From assembly GCA_015065065.1 (NCBI GenBank), contig SVQX01000005.1:4349-68348 (forward strand): a stretch of DNA of 64,000 nucleotides, given 5' to 3'. The position numbers were made by a program, and so were the translations under genes. The DNA comes from Oscillospiraceae bacterium (GTDB lineage: Bacteria; Bacillota; Clostridia; Oscillospirales; CAG-272). Numbering within the stretch: the stretch's first letter is position 1; each line of letters begins with the position of its first letter. Below the pieces are notes generated by a model. It saw nothing but the letters and a program-made list of their open reading frames with translations. It searched no databases and was not told where the DNA came from. Below, piece by piece: positions 62,056 through 64,000 of this stretch.

Positions 62056-63650
62056 GCCCGTGCCCCCGTGCGCACCATTGCGCGAGTGGCGTCGATTCCG
62101 TCAAAATCCATACATTCAAGTGCTACCGACGCGGCGGCGCTGTTTTCGGGATTGAACATTCCCGCCTCGTAGAGCTGAAGTATGAGCTGATTTCTCGCAC
62201 TTTGGGTCAGAGGATCGCGGCGCTCCGCCTTGACCTCAATATCAAATACGGGACGGTAATACAACGCCTCGCCGTCAGCACCCACGCCCACCGTTACCGT
62301 TTTGAGATCGCGGTTGGTATAGCTCAGGTACTGATAGGGGTTAGACTTGCTGCCGTCGCCGCAGATACGGAAGCATCTCTCGCCGTCGTAAAACTCGCGG
62401 ATAAGCTCGATAACAAGAGTGATCACCGAAACGTATGCGCGGTAAGTTCCCATTATCACGTCGCGGCTGCCCTTATTGCCCGACTCCTGCAGGGCAACGA
62501 TAGCAGATGCCGCCGTAACGCCGCCCGAGGTGCTTCCCTGCGACACGTCGCGGTTGCCCGTGGTTTCCTTCAGCTCGTCTATTTTCATAGTGCGGATAGA
62601 CGTCAGCGTTGAATCGATAGGCGCTACCTTTATCTGGCGTAGCTTTTCGTCGTCGATATCTCCCTCAACCTCGATAATCCGCTTGTCGGGATTGAGAAAA
62701 TCACGCTCGTTGATGCCAAGAGAGCGCTTTGCCCAATATCTTGCGCGGCTGACGGTGTTGGCGTATTCAAGAATATTGCCGTCCAGCTCGTCGATATAGC
62801 CCTGCGGGTTTCTGCCCACAGCAAGGAAGCCGTAGCCCGTACTTCCGCTCACGTCGGGGAAAAGCACGTCCAGCACCACGGGGTACATTCCATGCTCGTA
62901 CCAGCCGCGGTCGGCAAACATAGGGTCGTTTTCGGACGAGTAAAGCAGCTCGTCACCGCATATTTTCGCATAGTGAAGCAGACTTCGTCCGTCGGGCAGG
63001 TGGCGTTTGTAGTACCAATCAATGACCTCTACCCTGTCGCCGCGCTCTCCGTCCCTGTACTCGCCCTTGAAATGAGGATACGCGCTCCTCACTCCCTCGG
63101 CGTTATCGGCGGAGATGATGAAAAGTCCGCGGCTGTCCTGAATATCGGCAACGCTCACGTCCCAAAAGATATCCATAACGTCCATACGGCATATATCGAT
63201 ATCGCCAAGTCCGTTTTCAAGCCGTGAATTCCAGAATACGCCCCATGCGCTCATTCCGTGCCGCAGCTTGTACCATGCATTATCCGAATAGGTCTTTTCA
63301 AATCCGCATCTGTCGCAGATAACGGGGAGTATTTTGGACAGCATATCCGCCGCTCGCTCATCCCCCATTTCACGCGGCAGTGCCTTTGCGACAGGGATAT
63401 TGTCGCACATATCCGCGTGCTTGTTGCAAACGCTGTTGAACAGCCATGCCGACACGGGGCGCACCCCACTGACACTTGCCGCCGCTTTGATATCGTGGCG
63501 CTTCTGCCACCACTGCATCTCATCCCATATACGCTCGTCGGTGCGCCGCTTTGCCTCCTTGTAGGATTGCAAAAGCTCCAGCGCCTCCCGAAGCTCCACC
63601 TTGCCTATGGCATAGGTATTTTCATAGCCTTCTGTTTCTGTTTTCCTCAT
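62052..63650 (-). CDS. Portal protein
   Basis: ~530 aa directly downstream of TerL and upstream of the protease. Start MRKTETEGY after GGAG. Confidence 0.6.
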   Translation of the reverse strand: MRKTETEGYENTYAIGKVELREALELLQSYKEAKRRTDERIWDEMQWWQKRHDIKAAASVSGVRPVSAWLFNSVCNKHADMCDNIPVAKALPREMGDERAADMLSKILPVICDRCGFEKTYSDNAWYKLRHGMSAWGVFWNSRLENGLGDIDICRMDVMDIFWDVSVADIQDSRGLFIISADNAEGVRSAYPHFKGEYRDGERGDRVEVIDWYYKRHLPDGRSLLHYAKICGDELLYSSENDPMFADRGWYEHGMYPVVLDVLFPDVSGSTGYGFLAVGRNPQGYIDELDGNILEYANTVSRARYWAKRSLGINERDFLNPDKRIIEVEGDIDDEKLRQIKVAPIDSTLTSIRTMKIDELKETTGNRDVSQGSTSGGVTAASAIVALQESGNKGSRDVIMGTYRAYVSVITLVIELIREFYDGERCFRICGDGSKSNPYQYLSYTNRDLKTVTVGVGADGEALYYRPVFDIEVKAERRDPLTQSARNQLILQLYEAGMFNPENSAAASVALECMDFDGIDATRAMVRTGARA

Positions 63651-63701
63651 ATTTTCTCCATTCCTCATAATTCCCACCCCACCTCCGAATTCTCTTTTCT
63701 G

Positions 63702-64000
63702 TCAACAATATTCGTGCCGCACGAGATACGGCATATATTGCGGCGGCTCACACAGACTTTCCTTCCTTTTATCCTCTCTCGCCGCCACGGGGTTTTCCAT
63801 GCAGACGTAGCGAAGCTCGTCGTAGATGTGATCCTCGCCGTCGGTGTCGATATCCTCCACGTCGGTCTGACTGTATACAAGCTCGGGGACGGTACGTATA
63901 AAGTGCTTGCAGGTCGAAAAGACGTAAAGCATAGGCACGCCGTACCCGTCAAAGGCAAGGCGGTTGTGTATTTGATTTTTGCCCGCTATTCGGGTGTTAT
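63702..64000 (-). CDS. Terminase large subunit, C-terminal fragment (continues past window end)
   Basis: The frame is open to the window edge. ...RIAGKNQIHNRLAFDGYGVPMLYVFSTCKHFIRTVPELVYSQTDVEDIDTDGEDHIYDELRYV is the typical TerL nuclease-domain C-terminus. Confidence 0.75.
   Translation of the reverse strand, partial: NTRIAGKNQIHNRLAFDGYGVPMLYVFSTCKHFIRTVPELVYSQTDVEDIDTDGEDHIYDELRYVCMENPVAAREDKRKESLCEPPQYMPYLVRHEYC

Larger units (their letters stand above)
57185..64000 (-). mobile_element. Phage-like element (packaging + head module), truncated by the window edge
   Basis: Contiguous minus-strand genes with coupled or overlapping starts: TerL, portal, Prp-like protease, scaffold, N4-gp56-type capsid, three small proteins, a 524-aa protein and an XhlA-like protein. 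Confidence 0.8.

Noticed and set aside
1-64000. tRNA, rRNA, tmRNA or other canonical RNA genes.
   Set aside because: I saw no cloverleaf-type GTTCGAATC/T-loop signatures or rRNA-like stretches in any intergenic region. The only GGTTCGA-like string (about 55550) lacks acceptor and anticodon stems.

Overview
This 64-kb chromosomal segment most likely comes from a spore-forming Clostridia-type Firmicute of about 50-55% GC. The taxonomic guess rests on Spo0A, an L27 with an N-terminal propeptide plus the Prp protease, class III RNR, GTP-PEPCK and a Na+-pumping biotin decarboxylase. Most of the window is densely packed housekeeping DNA:
- SEDS protein, proS, holA.
- A five-gene biotin-dependent decarboxylase/transcarboxylase operon.
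- truB and rplU-prp-rpmA.
- An AraC-controlled SDR/FAD-oxidoreductase/GHL6 sugar locus.
- nrdG-nrdD-trxB.
- pckG.
- Two lipoproteins, one of them GH20.
- A sufC/sufBD pair.
- spo0A.
- A 12.7-kb co-directional morphogenesis run: maf-mreB-CPBP-PBP2-RNHCP-ruvX-249aa-RCC1 giant-licC-like.
- rarA, class I lysK and typA.

Accessory or unusual content:
1. A phage-like element at the right edge (57.2-64.0 kb, runs off the window) carries packaging and head genes only: TerL, portal, a Prp-type protease, scaffold and an N4-gp56-type capsid. No recognisable tail or lysis module follows.
2. A low-GC islet at 34.6-36.3 kb holds a GNAT gene and a Y1/HUH (RAYT-like) transposase gene. GC-rich REP-like hairpins are associated with it, including a perfect 26-bp inverted pair.
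3. A 1368-aa cytoplasmic multi-propeller RCC1-repeat protein is embedded in the cell-shape operon.
4. NrdD is fused to a C-terminal glutaredoxin-like domain and sits next to a TrxB that lacks the NADPH HRRxxxR motif.
5. Class I LysRS is fused to a Trbp111/EMAPII-like tRNA-binding domain.
6. Several intergenic structures are unexplained: a nested GTGAAGTT/AACTTCAC inverted-repeat array, a ~160-nt dispersed repeat in two copies, and terminator-like hairpins in two operon leaders.

I found no rRNA, tRNA or CRISPR array. All calls come from reading the sequence and the ORF translations. No database search was run.
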